From Massalongia carnosa (lineage: Eukaryota), in assembly GCA_965645245.1 (NCBI GenBank), contig OZ287072.1:868001-932000 (forward strand): 64,000 nucleotides of DNA. The letters run 5' to 3'. The position numbers were made by a program, and so were the translations under genes. The number at the start of each line of letters is the position of its first letter. Positions within the stretch are counted from its first letter, which is position 1. Positions 26,228 to 40,112 of this stretch are shown here, piece by piece. A model generated the notes under the pieces. That model was not told the origin of the DNA. It worked only from the letters and a program-made list of their open reading frames with translations, and ran no database searches.

Positions 26228-26738
26228 TCTCAATTCGTAGTCCTAATCTTCCTTAACGGCTGAAGGAAGAAACCCTTGCTAAGAGTGACGGGTTCTTAAT
26301 GCGAAGTATCTGTAAGTCAATTGGAGGGAGGTTGTTTGTTCATGAAAATCTGGCGGTAGCGAGTTTTTCAATATCATTGTCTGCGACCCAAATAGTACGA
26401 GTCAAGATGCAATTAACTTACAATACCTATTTCCCCATTTTTAGCTAATTAGATGCCGAGAATTCCACGTGATTCAAGATGGGTAGTGATGCATCTTCGT
26501 CACGATACGAATCCCCTCCTCGAATGATACTTCAAGAGATAATGACACATAAATCCATTACGTAATTTAGTCGGACGACAACGAGCCCATAGTTATGGTT
26601 CAATGAATTGAGTACATATCACTGAGCCATGTAGATATATAGTAGAGAAGGGAGTTGGATAGGTAGACAATCGTGCCTTTGGCCAAACGCTTACATTTCT
26701 ATCAAACTGTTGCATCCAAAGCCTATCGAGCATACTTA

Positions 26739-29304
26739 TTAGTCTCCCCCATCTACATCGCTGCGCCGTCTTTCATCAGGAGCAGAGGCGACTGATGTAG
26801 GTCTTTTACTCTCGCTCCTCCGAAAGCTTCTTCCTGGCCCCTGTGACCCGATCCAGTCATTGAGGTGCTGGCTCCTCTCCCCAAGCTCTCGAAGCCAGGT
26901 TGTTTTCTCCTCTTCAACCATAACCCCACTGTTTCGTATTGCGCTGCTGTCATTACTGCTTGGTCTCTCCGCACTTCCAGATTGAGAGGAGACGCTCTGC
27001 TGTCTCGTCCAAGACGTGCGAGGCAATGGAACCTTTAGCATTCCACCCGGAAGGTGTGCCGCGTTCTCCGTCACAGGATCTGCGGGCGATTCAGAGATTT
27101 CGCTAACACGGGTATTCACCATGCTAGCCTCGCCACCGGTTCCCTCCTCCAAGAAATTTACCGATGTGTCAAGATCTCCCATGTGTATGTTCCGGATTTG
27201 TGAGGTCCACCGTCGCGTTAGAATTCTTTTCAGGTGGGACCAGGCGCCGAGACCATCATACTCCGAGTCCTCCTCAGTTGGGCCTGCTTTTGTTGTTTTT
27301 CCTGGGCTGTTCCAATACAACACCAACCGCCACTTGAGACGATCCACCTTGCTCCGAGGCTGGATAACTTCACGCGGACCAGATCTTGACCATAGTATAG
27401 GGTAGGTAGTGGCTAATTCTTCGAAAAGATGTTCATAAATACCTCGCTGGTACGGCGTTTGACGACGGCGGGCGAGAAAATGTTTGATGAAATACCAAAA
27501 AATAAATACAATGACCATCATTGGCACAGCTACCACGAAATACCACTTGATACTGGGATCATTGCTAAAGGTGTCAACATTCATGCCAAAGAATCCTACC
27601 ATGAAAGTAAGTGGTAGGAAAATGAAAGTAATCCAGCTCAATCTCCACATGCTCGTGTTGAGTTGCAACGAGTGTCGGCTGTCGCGAATCTCTACCGACT
27701 TATACATGAGATCAGCCAGGCTAGAGGTCGGTTTCACAAGATCCTCCTGAACTAAGTTACTCAGCCGTTCCATGTCCCCGGTGCTTGATTCAAGCCAATT
27801 ATCTTCGACTGCCAGTTCACCGGTAAGCTCTCGAAGGTTACTTTGAGTCTCCTTCACCACAGCGCTATGGATTGACATTAGCCTTTCGAGCTTCAACCAC
27901 ATGCTTGAATTCGTCCAAAGTTCAGGTGCACGGGTTTCATCTGCAGGCCCTTCATATATTTTGTCCTCAAGAATGGAAACATGATGATTGCAGACATCTA
28001 AAAAGCCCTCCCAGGTTTCGGCAATACTCTTCCAAACGTCTTGTAAGATGATTTTCATACATTCAATGGCCAGTAAATCATCATTCGATATATCGTGAGC
28101 CTCGTAAGCTAGATAAAATGGAAGCCGTCTCCACCTGCTCTACAGGAAGATTGTTCAGATCTCACCGATTGCAAATAAGGCTTGCATTTACTTACCTCCC
28201 ATTGTTGGCGCGCCGAGATTAGCGTATCTTCAATTGAGCCTGTATGTGATTCCTCGAAGATGATAATCGTGTTCCCGTTGTCCATATTCGACAGACGAGA
28301 CACGTAGCCATTTCCTTCATTATACGGGTTCTCGAGGTTGGGTGAGGTAGGAATTTCCATCGAGTTTTCTCGATGTTGAATATAACAACTCTAGAGAGTT
28401 TTATTAGTATGGGTTACCGACGCACCTAAAGCGAAGGGGTACCATACAAGCCTTTGCACGTATACATCCCAGCCATATGTTGCATTATCTTCATCATCGA
28501 GACAATTTAATTCCATCATTTTAGCATTCCTATCCATATCTCCCTGAGAATCGTTTTTACGGGCCCTATAATGCTTGAGATAGTCAATCCCAAATGATGT
28601 TCGACTGAGTCCCCGCCACGGATCATGGGTAGTTTTCCATGTCTTGCCATTCAATAATGGTCTGCTGCCATGGTTTCCAACCCTCCTGTGTTTCACAAAT
28701 TGCCCGAAATCTGTACCCACAAGGTCATCACGTGAATTGATGTTAAATTTTTGGAGCAAAAAATGGGTAGCCCAAGCTGCGTTTTGCACATGGAAGACTC
28801 TTAAAACAGCTTCGCCTCCACGCTCTCGCTGTCTGCAGGTTAGCTAGAACATGTATGAGATCAATAAACAGTTGTAGCGTTGAGTACGTTAGAATACAAT
28901 CTTTGGAGGCCTTCTATCTCATTTATCTCTTGCGCGACCACCTTTCGCATGCCTTTCTTGCTAAGATCTACTGAACGCTTAATTCTCGTGCAATTATATA
29001 GATTGGTCATCACAACCTTGCTTCACATAATCGATCAGAAGCACCCTGCCACGTTTGAGGCTCTCTGGCGTATCGTATTCTTTGTGCCATTTAAGCCCTG
29101 GAGAGCGAGGTCGTTGACGCCCGGCTTGGATTATCTTTAGTGATGCTTGACATTGGGAGCAGAACACGCACGCCTGTTGGCCCAAGGAGGCTGTGCATGT
29201 TGCCCTCCAGACCACAAACGGCTTTCCAATTTTGCCGTTCCGATGCTTTGTGGCGAAGGGCCATTTAGTTGTTCTGACTCGAGCGCGTCGTTCTGCCGGC
29301 TCAT
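26739..29304 (-). CDS. CorA-like Mg2+ transporter domain protein
   Basis: C-terminal SMWRLSWITFIFLPLTFMVGFFGMNV (CorA GMN motif) followed by a second TM helix. Upstream exons are joined by GT-AG introns; the start MSRQNDALES at 29304 is inferred. Confidence 0.85.
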
Positions 29305-29465
29305 GGCTATGTCTCAGCAAGTGTACAGATCATGAAATATGTTAAAGGAAAGGAAGAACTTTGAAGCAAGATAATTCTACATGAAATGACTTCCAAGAAT
29401 AACCGTTCAAACCAACCTTGTCAGAAGGTACAATAAGGAGCGTGATCCATTCTATCCCCAGGATG

Positions 29466-29710
29466 CCACGCGGTGCGAAAAATAGTTGACACACCAAAAA
29501 TATAAAATAATTATGATAGGCTACATCGTTAAGTAATACATTTCCAAAAAGTTAAGGTGAATTTGAACACATAACTCTACTACTCTATCAAGTATGTTTT
29601 ACTGGTTCATCTGTTGTTGATTTTCTATATTATGTTGAAGCTTTGATAGTTGTGTAGTTTTATGCGTACTGACGAGTTTTGGTGTGTCAACTTTTTTTGG
29701 CACCGCGTGG
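29466..29710. mobile_element. MITE-like non-autonomous element, 245 bp
   Basis: 34-bp terminal inverted repeats: CCACGCGGTGCGAAAAATAGTTGACACACCAAAA (29466-29499) versus the reverse complement of 29677-29710, with 2 mismatches. AT-rich non-coding interior; no clear TSD. Confidence 0.8.
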
Positions 29711-30198
29711 ATACCAGAGGATAACTAGATCCAAATTGAGTTAAAGCCAAATTCCCAACTTCGAGATCTTACCGGCGTTAAGATGATGCGTTCCGGCCTA
29801 TAAGCTAGTTTCCTCCAGGGCTCCGTGGATTCCCCACCAGCCCACGACTCCGACATCAATATCTTTAGGTAAATGTACTTACCCATGGATAGTTGATGCC
29901 TCCAGCGTATGCGAGTACTTGAAATCCTCAGAAAGGCGATCTCGTATTATATGATCAACGTTAAGATTAATTTGATTTCCTTCTTGTAGCGTTATCATCC
30001 CCTTGTTACCTTTTGTCTCTATCGCTCCTAGGTCAGCGTTAAAGTCATTTGCAAATTGCACCGGCATCCTTCTAGGATTTCTATCTTCTCCCACTGATAC
30101 AATTATTGCTGGGTGATATTATCAAGTCTCACGCCTGAGCGTGAGCACTGTCACGTCACCACTGGCCGACAGGAGGTAATCTCAACGCTCAAGGGACG

Positions 30199-32108
30199 AT
30201 GAATAACCCCAACGGCCCTTCCGCCCCTCTTGGCCTACCTCCTCTCTCGAGCCTTGTGAAGCCAGAGCAGATCCCGAAGCTAGTTCATTTTAATGATGCT
30301 CAGAAGGCCTCGTACACCTCAGGGGTGACAAAATTATGGGAACAGATCCACAGTCGATCTCCGGACTCTCCAGAGTATCAAGCGGCGTACAGGAAGCTTC
30401 TAGAGGTGACAACCCAGATTAGGGTTAGCATGAAAAGATATCAAGCAGAGCAAGCGGCCCATGCGGCCCAACAAAATGGCGGAAGACCCCCAAGCCAGAG
30501 ACAGCAACAACAAGGGCAGCAAGACCCGCGCCAACAGATACCTCAGGCTAACCACTCCGGTGCTCAAATCCAGGGCGAACAGCAGTTTTCTCCAAAAGTG
30601 GTGCAAAAGATGCAGAGCCAGAACTTCTATATTCCCCAGAATATAAAGGAGAAAGGGCCCGATCATGCCGCAATTTGGCTGCGGGAAGCGAAGCTCAAAT
30701 ATGCCCAAAATCTACAGCGTTATGAAATTGCAGCAGGCAAACTGGCGGACCTAGGTCACATCGCAGCTACCCGTCAGAGTGCCGGAAAAACATTTAGTCA
30801 AGAGGAGGCACAGACCCTTACAACTCGCAAACACCAACATCAACGGACTATACAAGAATCCAAGGACTATCTGAGCAAGTTCCAAGACCATCAAGAACAG
30901 GTCAAGGCTGCCAGTGCGGGGGCACCTTCCTTTGATGTGAATCGTGACCAGGGGATGCAAGCGCCTAACAATGAACTACCAAAAGGCCCTCAATCAACCC
31001 AACAACATAGTAATACTGAAATTCAAGGCCATCCTCATACAGTGAACTCTGCGGTAGAAGCTGCTAGAAGCCAAGCGAACGCAGGAGGTCGCCCTACAAC
31101 AAGTCCGTTATCAGCCACTCAGTCAGGACAGCCAACTTTAAATCAGGGACCGCATTCACACCACCCGGCAAATCCGAGCCAGCAATCAAATTCACAACCG
31201 AGCTCAGCCATCAGCTCGGGCCTAGGCCCATCATCACAACAACCGCATAATCCACAGCCGGCCTCAACACCCCAGTCTGCAGCTCCACAAGGCGTGCGTC
31301 CTCTCTCTCATCAGGCGGCTATGGCTCAGGCTGCTCAATCGTACAATCAGTCAAACTATCAACAAGCCATCCCTCAACCCTCTACTCACGCGCATCCGCA
31401 GATAGGAAATCGGGATCTCAATCGAGATCAGATAGGAAACCGCGATCCACAAAACCCTATTAACGTGAAGATGCCTATTCCAAAAGATCTCAAAGTCCCT
31501 CAACCTCAGCCGGTTTCCATGGGCCCGGCGCGACCTACTCTCACCGGCGGTCCAACCAACGGAGCCGTGGGATCGATGGGACAACCGGCTATCCAGAAAC
31601 ATCCTGGTTATGTACTTGAAGGAGAAGGCGAGAGGGTGCTCAGTAAAAAGAAGCTGGAAGAATTGGTGAGACAAGTCACCGGTGGGAGCGGAGGCGAAAG
31701 TGAAGAAACTGAGACTTTAAGTGCGGAAGTCGAAGAGGTATCTAAAATGCCCTCGCACATCCGTTTGCCCATCCGTTTGGAGTTCTTACTCCTTCATCGT
31801 TTCCTCCAAACGTACTATGGCTAACCATTGACAATTCCACCTCTTCACAGACCCTACTTCAAGTTGCTGATGACTTTGTAGACCAAGTCATCACCAGCGC
31901 CTGCCGCCTCGCCAAGCTCCGCCAATCCTCCACCCTAGAGCTGCGCGACATCCAGCTTATCCTTGAACGTAACTATAATATCCGGGTGCCGGGCTATGCA
32001 TCGGACGAGCTGCGCACCGTGCGCAAGATCCAACCTGCGCAGGGCTGGACACAGAAGCTCAGCGCCGTTCAGGCGGCCAAGGTTACTGGGGGGAAAACGG
32101 AACTTTGA
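30199..32108 (+). CDS. TAF12: TFIID/SAGA subunit TAF12
   Basis: Q/P-rich N-terminus, then histone fold [14 protein letters not shown]...[53 protein letters not shown]. Intron 31738-31850. Confidence 0.95.
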
Positions 32109-32418
32109 TGGAAAGCCTTCGGTGGTGGACTTTACGCGGTTTCCAGGCTTCAGTCCGGGGGTGATTTGTTTATTTAGGATGTTTTTTCCGAACGGGAGGA
32201 AGGGAGATTTCAAGGCAGGTGATTTGGCGTTGGGTATCTACCTATCTTATGATACGGTAAGGTGTTGTACATTTTCTAGGAATTGGCTCTCTCTTACCTC
32301 TACATAGAACGGAAGGCTTGAGACGTTGGGACGGGGGAGGCATGCATGATACCTGGCGTTTTGTGTTATTTCCCCCCCATTCTCTTCCCCGGGCGAAACA
32401 AGCAAAGTCTGGTAGAGC

Positions 32419-32420
<2 letters not shown>

Positions 32421-32454
<34 letters not shown>
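32421..32454. repeat. (GA)17 microsatellite
   Basis: Directly visible perfect dinucleotide run. Confidence 0.95.
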
Positions 32455-32458
<4 letters not shown>

Positions 32459-33512
32459 AGATCTGTCTGGATGAGGCATACCTAGTGATTTGCATCGGAA
32501 CACCTGCGTAATATTACTTGCGCACCTAACGTGCGACATGAATCCGTTCCTGTTCCGCCTTCGGTTAGAATTTATAATCGCCCACTCCCTTAATTCACTT
32601 TCTTTTAGACACCCCTCCCCCCGCCCCGCCCCTCCCCTCCCTCTAAACTCTCACTTCTATCTACTCCACTCCTCCTGCAAACGCAGGCAGGTAAGGCGCT
32701 TTCCTCTTTTCGTTCTCTCTTTCTTCACTTGACTTCACTTCATTGGCATCCTCTACAACCCCCCACCCCCCCCTCCTCACATGTAGAAAGAAACCTGGAA
32801 GAGAAAAAAAAACCAGCAAAAACCGGACCAAACATATCCACATGCGTGCGCAATGACAGACTTTCCTCATCCAGCCCAATCTTCCCCACTTAACGGCCGG
32901 GGAATTTTTATTCGTTTTTCGAGCTGTTTTTTTTTTTGGCTAAGAAGCTTATATGTAGGATAGGGAGGGGGGGAAAGGGAAGGGATTCCTTGCGTGGTTA
33001 CTATGCTTTGCTTGGGTTGGGTGGATCAGGTGGATGAATGGAGATGAGATAGGCGAGCTAGTAAGATTCATTTTCGAAGAGTTAGTTGGGGGATATATGC
33101 TGCGATAGGGTGAGGTGAAGGAGGGAAAGTGAATGGACTGTCCGGGGTAGATGGATGTATGAGGGTTATCTTTACCGAAGGTCGGCGACCCGAGGGGGCG
33201 AGGAGGTGAGGGAGGATGTGGTATGGGTCAAGTGAACGAATGAGGTGAAAACATAGGTAGGTATGGTAGGTATTTAGACTCTGCATTAGGGATCTAGATT
33301 ATTCCCGGGGTGGAGGAGACGGAGCGCTTGCTATGTATATGCGAAGAGGGAGTGCGTGCAGAAAGGCTAGCTACTCAAGATTTCTTGCTCAAGGATTTGC
33401 CTTCTTATCCTGTTATGTCCACGAAGGTTAGATCCCAAGCCCATATTTTCTCCCTTGGTGCAATAGCGAAGCAAAATATCCGTACTTAGATCATCCCCCA
33501 GCAAAACCTCCC

Positions 33513-35513
33513 CTAATCGTGTAGATCTCGTGCTACAACGCTCGCGCGGCCAATAGCTTCAACACGAAATCCCAATTGCTCAAGCTTAGAAGCATCAAGA
33601 ATATTCCGCCCATCGAACACGAACATGGGTTTGCGCATGCTTCTAGCGATGCGTGCCCAGTCCAGCCTCTTTGGCTCGGAAGAAGCTTCGGCTGCCAGAT
33701 TCATCTGATCGAGCTGATCCTCAATGGATGGCATAGAATCAAAAGTCCTGTTCTCCATTCTTGACTTTGGTGGGGAGAGTGAGAGAAAAGACCTCTTAGG
33801 CTTTGTGGGGGGAGATAAAACTTTGGACTGTAATACGCGGTTGGGGCTTAATTCTCGCAAAACCGTTGAGGTGGGAACGATAGGTCGGCTTTCGTTGTCA
33901 GTTTTGTTGCTAAACTCATCCCATTCGGTGGCGATGACTACTGCATCCACTCCAGCGCAAGCTTCGTATGCCGAGTCGCAGACCAAGATGCTGCGCTCTA
34001 GGGTTTGGGGGTCGCCGCCATCATCGATTAGTTCTCGCCATATCTGTTGTTTCTTGACTTGAGGGTCGAAGATGGCGACTTGGGCCCTCTCAGCAACGAA
34101 ATTGCCCACCAGGGTTATTGCGGGTGATTCACGGGTATCGCTCGTGTCTTTCTTAAAAGCAAAGCCAAGGACGGCGATCTTCTTTCCAGCTAGGTTGTGG
34201 AAGAGACAGGAGATGATTCGTTTAGTAAAACGCTGCTTTTGGTATTCGTTCATGTTTATGATGGCCCGCCAGTAGTCAGCGACCTCATAGAGATGCAGAG
34301 ATTCGGAGAGATAGACTATATTGAATATGTCCTTTTGGAAACAGCTACACTGCCTATTAGTATGTCGGAAAAATATAAAAGGCCATTACTGACCTGCCAC
34401 CAAAGCCCGGACCTGCTTTTAACATCCTTGGGCCAATACGTGAGTCGAGACCGCAAGCATGACTAACCTCGTCAACATCGGCACCTGTAGCCTCGCAAAT
34501 AGCACTCAACGCATTAACGCTGCTGATTCTTTGAGCTAACATTGCATTTGCTGCTAATTTAGATAGCTCTGAGGACCAAAGGTTCATGGTAATGATGCGC
34601 TCCTTTGGTACCCATTGCCCGTACACGTCTGCTAAAGATGCTGCTGCTCGGTAGCCTGCAGGTGTGGGCATAGACCCTATAATTATTCTATCAGGATAGA
34701 GCAAATCTCGTATCGCAGTGCCTTCGGCGAGAAACTCGGGGTTTGACAGGACGTCAAAACGGACGCCAGGTTGAGCATTCGCAGACAACTATAAAGAAAC
34801 AGTCAGATGTCAAGCTAAACGCTAATACATATTCGGATTGCTGCTAAGAGCTTACAATTTCTCGTATGGACTGTGCTGTTCTGCAGGGTACAGTTGACTT
34901 CTCGACAACTATCTTGCTTTCCTTGGCTACCCTTGCGATGGTCCGAGTTGCGGCTTCAACAAAGCCAAGATCCGCGGCAGACCCTTTGCCCACGCCATTC
35001 CTTTTAGTTGGAGTATTGACACAGACAAATATCAAATCAGCACTCTGAATCGCTTTGTCCACGTCTGTCGAGAAGAAAAGACTTGGATGGCGTATGTACT
35101 CTGTATCTTGCTTAATGTCGTCAATGCGACCATTACTCCAATGCACAGAGACTGAGCCTGGACTATCATGGTCCACTTCAATACCATCTCGTGCTACCTG
35201 TACAACGTCGTAAAGGCCTGGCTCATAGATCGGCAACGACTCGGATTTCCAGGCAGCAATACGGTCTGAATCAATATCCACAACAGTGACAGTGACATCA
35301 GACTTGAAAGCTGTAACTGCTGAGGTTGGCCCTTGAAACAATGTCAGTAATGAGCAGCGGAGCAAGGCAAATAACCACGTCACCTCCAACAAAGCCTGAA
35401 CCCAAGCAAGTAATTTTTCGTATGACCTTGTGAGATACGTGGAGGATGTCAGCGGCTTGTAATATGTCTGTAGATTCCGAAGAATAGGCTTTGACCAATG
35501 AAGAGTTGGACAT
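33513..35513 (-). CDS. UGD1: UDP-glucose 6-dehydrogenase
   Basis: [13 protein letters not shown] Rossmann motif, [77 protein letters not shown] and FVFDGRN; three introns. Confidence 0.95.
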
Positions 35514-36138
35514 AATCGCCAGCGAACTAATGGGGATGAGGATCGAATATCTACCACCCCAGCCCTTAAATGAGAAGTGAAGTAAAGGCAAAGTTGAATC
35601 AACGAGAGTGCAGAGGGTCAAAAGAACGGCCACTCAATATTCTGAACTACCTGATAGACTGAGATGTAATGAAATAGGAGAGGGCTTGAGCTTTGAATAG
35701 ATTTTTCTATTTGTGTAGTTTACCAGTGCTCAAGTTCAGACCTAGACAGCCTAAAGTTTTTTCTTAGTAGTGTCTCCGCAGATATAAGTCAGGGCTACAA
35801 AGCCGTTAGTCGAGCTCAACCACGTACCCTGTAACTCGTTATTTCTTCAACGATCAGCCACCGGAAATTAGATACTTGATGATTGAAACATACGATGGAA
35901 GGAATTGGGTAGCATACCCGTCCTTCGACCATATCACCGGACTTCCCGGTCAATTATGGCGTATAACGATCATATAACACTTCCTTCGCGTCTTGCATAG
36001 TGTCCTTCATCTCAGCACAAACAAAGCCCGTGCTGCATAGGTGGAGTGAGATACTTTGCTTAGGAAGTCGAAGGCCCCTTGGGGACTATTGCGTCCAAGC
36101 CACGATATCCATGGTGAAAGACAGCTTGACCCCCTCGC

Positions 36139-37028
36139 TCATCTCAACAAGCCTCCTAAGTCTCGCTCCATCCCACTCACCCGATCCTCTAGGCTACGCT
36201 TTTTCTCCTCGAGCTCTCGAATCTCTTCTTCTTCCCTTCTTAGTTCCTCAGGATCAACACGACTTTCCCAGGCTGCTGGTTGCGTCCTTGTGGCATCCTC
36301 CCAATCAAAGTCTTCGTCCTCAGCATTCTCAGCATCATTATTGTCATTGTCGTTATTGTCTTTGGGTCTGTTCATTCTAGCTAGCTGCGCTGTTTGCTTT
36401 GAAAGTCGTGACTCGTATTGGGCAATCGACGAGCTAAGTTTCTCAAAACGCGTTCGCAGGGACGCAATTCTCTCGGGAGCACCAGGAATAGGACTTGTTC
36501 AATTTAGCAGTAGCAGTAGCAGAGCTTCAGGAGTGCATTTCCGCATACTATACCCCACATAGCTTCTCGGCGCCTCTAAGCAGCAGCTCAACATTTATCT
36601 CCCCCCGCTCCCTACCGTCACCCGTTCCTCCCTTCCTGATCTCTTCGCCAAGATCGCCTCCCAATATCGCTGCCACGGCGGATTCATTCCGTGGAGCCCT
36701 GGTGAATCTATTCCCAAAGTGTATGGAATTTCTATCGCCATCGAGCCCATGAACAGTACTCCGTCTAGAAGCACCAGCGCTGGAGGTATTGGTTGGCGCT
36801 ATGGTAAACAAGGCACGTTCATGAGCTTCCGTATCCCGAATAAGGGCCGTGATATCATGGGAATGTAGTAAGGCATTGGTAAATATCTTTGGGGGCAGAA
36901 AACTGCAGGTTTCATGTTAGCTTTTCAAGTGGTATCGACATTCTTTAAGAATTATTTGCCTACGAAAGCTCTGCGATTGCTACTGCAGAAAGAGAGATTT
37001 GCTCGAGATGATTCTCGAGTAACGTCAT
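36139..37028 (-). CDS. SPC34: DASH/Dam1 complex subunit Spc34
   Basis: MTLLENHLEQISLSAVAIAEL.F.PPKIFTNALLHSHDITALIRDTEAHERALF, INVELLLRGAEKLCGVY|PIPGA and a C-terminal coiled coil ending ERDLGGLLR. Confidence 0.88.
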
Positions 37029-40000
37029 GATGCAGAGGGAGCTGAATGGTGCAGCGAATGTAGGTTTCTGCAGTGGATTTTGGGATAATCTATTTCATAA
37101 CTACATATGGGCCGCTCACCCACACGATATAGGGCTGATGAACGACACTGTTTTACTCCTTATAGATATATTTCGTTGCTTCAAGGGTTTTAAGACTTCC
37201 GATTCAAATCATAAAATTGATGCTGTAGGATAATCGATTATGGCTTTATAATTACTAAGTAACAAACGTATGAAACAAGAGCTCAGCACAACAAGATGGC
37301 GTTGCGACGACGGTCATGCATGTTGTCAACTCTCAAGGCCATTAGCTTTTAATAGAAGAAAGACCACCCATACCGTCATTCAGTTGCGATCAATTTGAAG
37401 CAGCGCCAAAGGCTGAGCGGCTTGGGCAATGAACATTGAGGCGCATCGGCCGCGCCTTCCAGCAACAAACTGATATTCCCCCTTCTTCGCCCTCAGAGCC
37501 TCACGCTGGAATCTTGTAAAATTGTACAATGGGCCCAAGTATCCTGCCCCGACCTTTCCCTGCAGAAGAAGCGTATAGGTCCTCTTAGCCTTGACCCTGC
37601 CTGCACTCGATGCAGTTACCAAAAAACCTTTTCACAAGGTTCTCCGGAGATTTGCAGATTTGGTAGCAATAGGGCATAGTCGTGTCCAGATACTGATTCG
37701 CTGCATGAATATTAAGAGAATATTTAGACGCGTTTGCCTCTGGGCTACTTAGTTTGAAAATCGCCTCCGTACAATACCATGGTGATGCAAGGTGAACGAG
37801 AACGTCATAGTGGTAGCCACGCGGATTTTCTGAGAGATCGTGTTAGTTGATAGGCGTAGGAGAACGTAGTAAAGGGGCATAAGCTTATAGGAGAGGTGAA
37901 GATGGTATGAGTTGCTGATGGGATATAGAGACAGGAGCAAGCATAGCTGATACCTAATGGAGTTGGGTACGAATAGAGATAGGCTGGGAGTAGATATGGT
38001 AAGAGATTGGTAGAATATGCCGTCAATGTAACCCCGTTGGTGGTAGTCGACCTAAATATTATAGGTAGGTAATACTATTGAGAAGGAAACGATAGCTTAC
38101 GCTAAGCTTGTGAGAGGAAGCATACGAAGCAACAGGATTTATTGCTGCCAGACCTTCCGGACCGAAGGAGGTAATAAATTCTATACCAACATAACAGCTG
38201 CAAAGATTCGTGGCGGCTTGACTGTTCCACAGCAACGCTCGAAACACATTATCCTAATTATATCCCGCTCTCTTGTCTGCCGTAAGCTTAGTAGGTATAG
38301 GCACTCTACTAGCATCCACAGGCAGTGGTCAATTGAAGGGGCATATTAGGAGTGTAAGCGCCGTTTGTAAAAAAACTGCATGGTGAAAATTGAGATTCTA
38401 TAATTACTAACAATAAATCCAGAGCGAGCTCTCGCAGGAGACGCAAAAACAAAGTATATTTTTATTTCAGATCCCAACAGAGATAGAGATTTTGTAGTTC
38501 CTGATAACATATGTGATCCTATAAAACTTCAGCTAAAAACACCTCGGGCACTCCAGATTAGGATAGGAATGTTGATATCGTGGAGAAGACTGATATGGCC
38601 ATAGGAGATACCACACCACCGTTAACGATTTGGCTCTAAAGGACTAAGTAGCTTCTGAAATTTTCCTATCAATGGCTAGGCCATGTCAAACCTCGCCAGT
38701 TCTTAATTTCTAAGCCCAAGCTAGACGGAGTATTTGCATTTCTCGCTATCGAGACAAGGGATATGTCACTAAGGACGATCCCAGATCCACCCGATACCTT
38801 CTAGTATCAAAAAAATTGCTAAGACTCAGAGTGGCGTGAGGACCATAGGTCAAACCACATGTAAGAATGTTTTGTTGGATGATAAGAAGATAATAATTCC
38901 AACATTTCATCGTTAAACCGTTTGTTAGGAAAGCTACGATACTAAGGGCACAGCCAGATTACTGGTTATATAATTGCATGATGTTCTTTTTGGAGTTCTT
39001 TGTTTGTAAGTGTTCCCTCCAAAAAGGGTTGTTCCCTTGGTTTATACAAACTGTCTGTTGCTGACGTCTTTCTTTGGTTTCTTGAGGGATCTGGCGATAT
39101 GAAGAATCCCATTCTCAACGGCGTTAAGAATACAGCAAAAGTCACAATGTATCAGCTAGTAGTTTTTATGTTGCAGTCATCGTCAGCATCTTGTCCTTCA
39201 CTTTGAATATTGTCTTAGCGGTACATAAAGAGTGTGAAAGCTTCCGAAAGTCGAGACCGTTAGTTACCAGTTATTATATATTCTGCTAGATATCACTTCT
39301 TTCTGGCAGACAAACTGGATGGCAAATATTGGTGTTACATTTGCAATATATTCGACATCTAATACAGCAATTCATCGTGCGTAAGACATTCAGCAAGGTT
39401 TTCTTCGTTCCCCTATTCATCTTCGCAGCAATCCTAAGTCAAATCTTTATGCGAACCAGTAACTTCAAGCCTGATTGTGGTGAGGTCGAATCCTGAGGTT
39501 AGTCCATGGTTTGGAGATAAGTTAACAGGTATCCCTTTATATCCCAGAATAGCAGACAAACCATTAGTTAGTATGGCGCGAGACGGTGATTGGTTACTTT
39601 GTCAAAACGCGCCTGTGGAACATCATGATCACCGAGATACTTATCACGTGAGTGCCAGCGGGTACGGGATGATCAAATTGGTAAGGTAAGGTCGACATTT
39701 TAAATCATCGTACGCTACATCACCAGTCTCAGTTCTTCGACAGTTATCCCGACGGAGTGAAGGCTCCGCTCTTTTCCTTATTGTCCGCTATACCCAAGGC
39801 CTCGAACTTTTTTTAGAGTGAATATTGCCTCGCCAAGCGAAGCTGACTATTCCACTTCTTGGTCCCAAAACGGCCCTTGGTGAGCTTGACACGGCGCTTC
39901 TGTCTGACAGCCATACTCGGAATCTCAACTGCACCAATCTTGGCATTTCACGAGAAGGCTCTCTCTCTTGGTGCTGGCCTTTCTTATCATAAACAGCCAT

Positions 40001-40112
40001 CGCGGCCAAGAGGGCTTAGACTCATCAGCGATCTCAGTGTCTTGTCACGTTTCCGAATCTACGCTCATTACCTTCCTTATCCTTTGACGCCTCAAGCATT
40101 ATACGAGCCGTC

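Noticed and set aside
31399..31450. QIGNRD duplication in TAF12
   Set aside because: A minor in-frame duplication in a disordered region.
32930..32950. TTTTGGCTAAGA resembling the U2 snRNA 5' region
   Set aside because: It is not followed by the branch-pairing GTGTAGTA sequence and sits in a poly-T tract.
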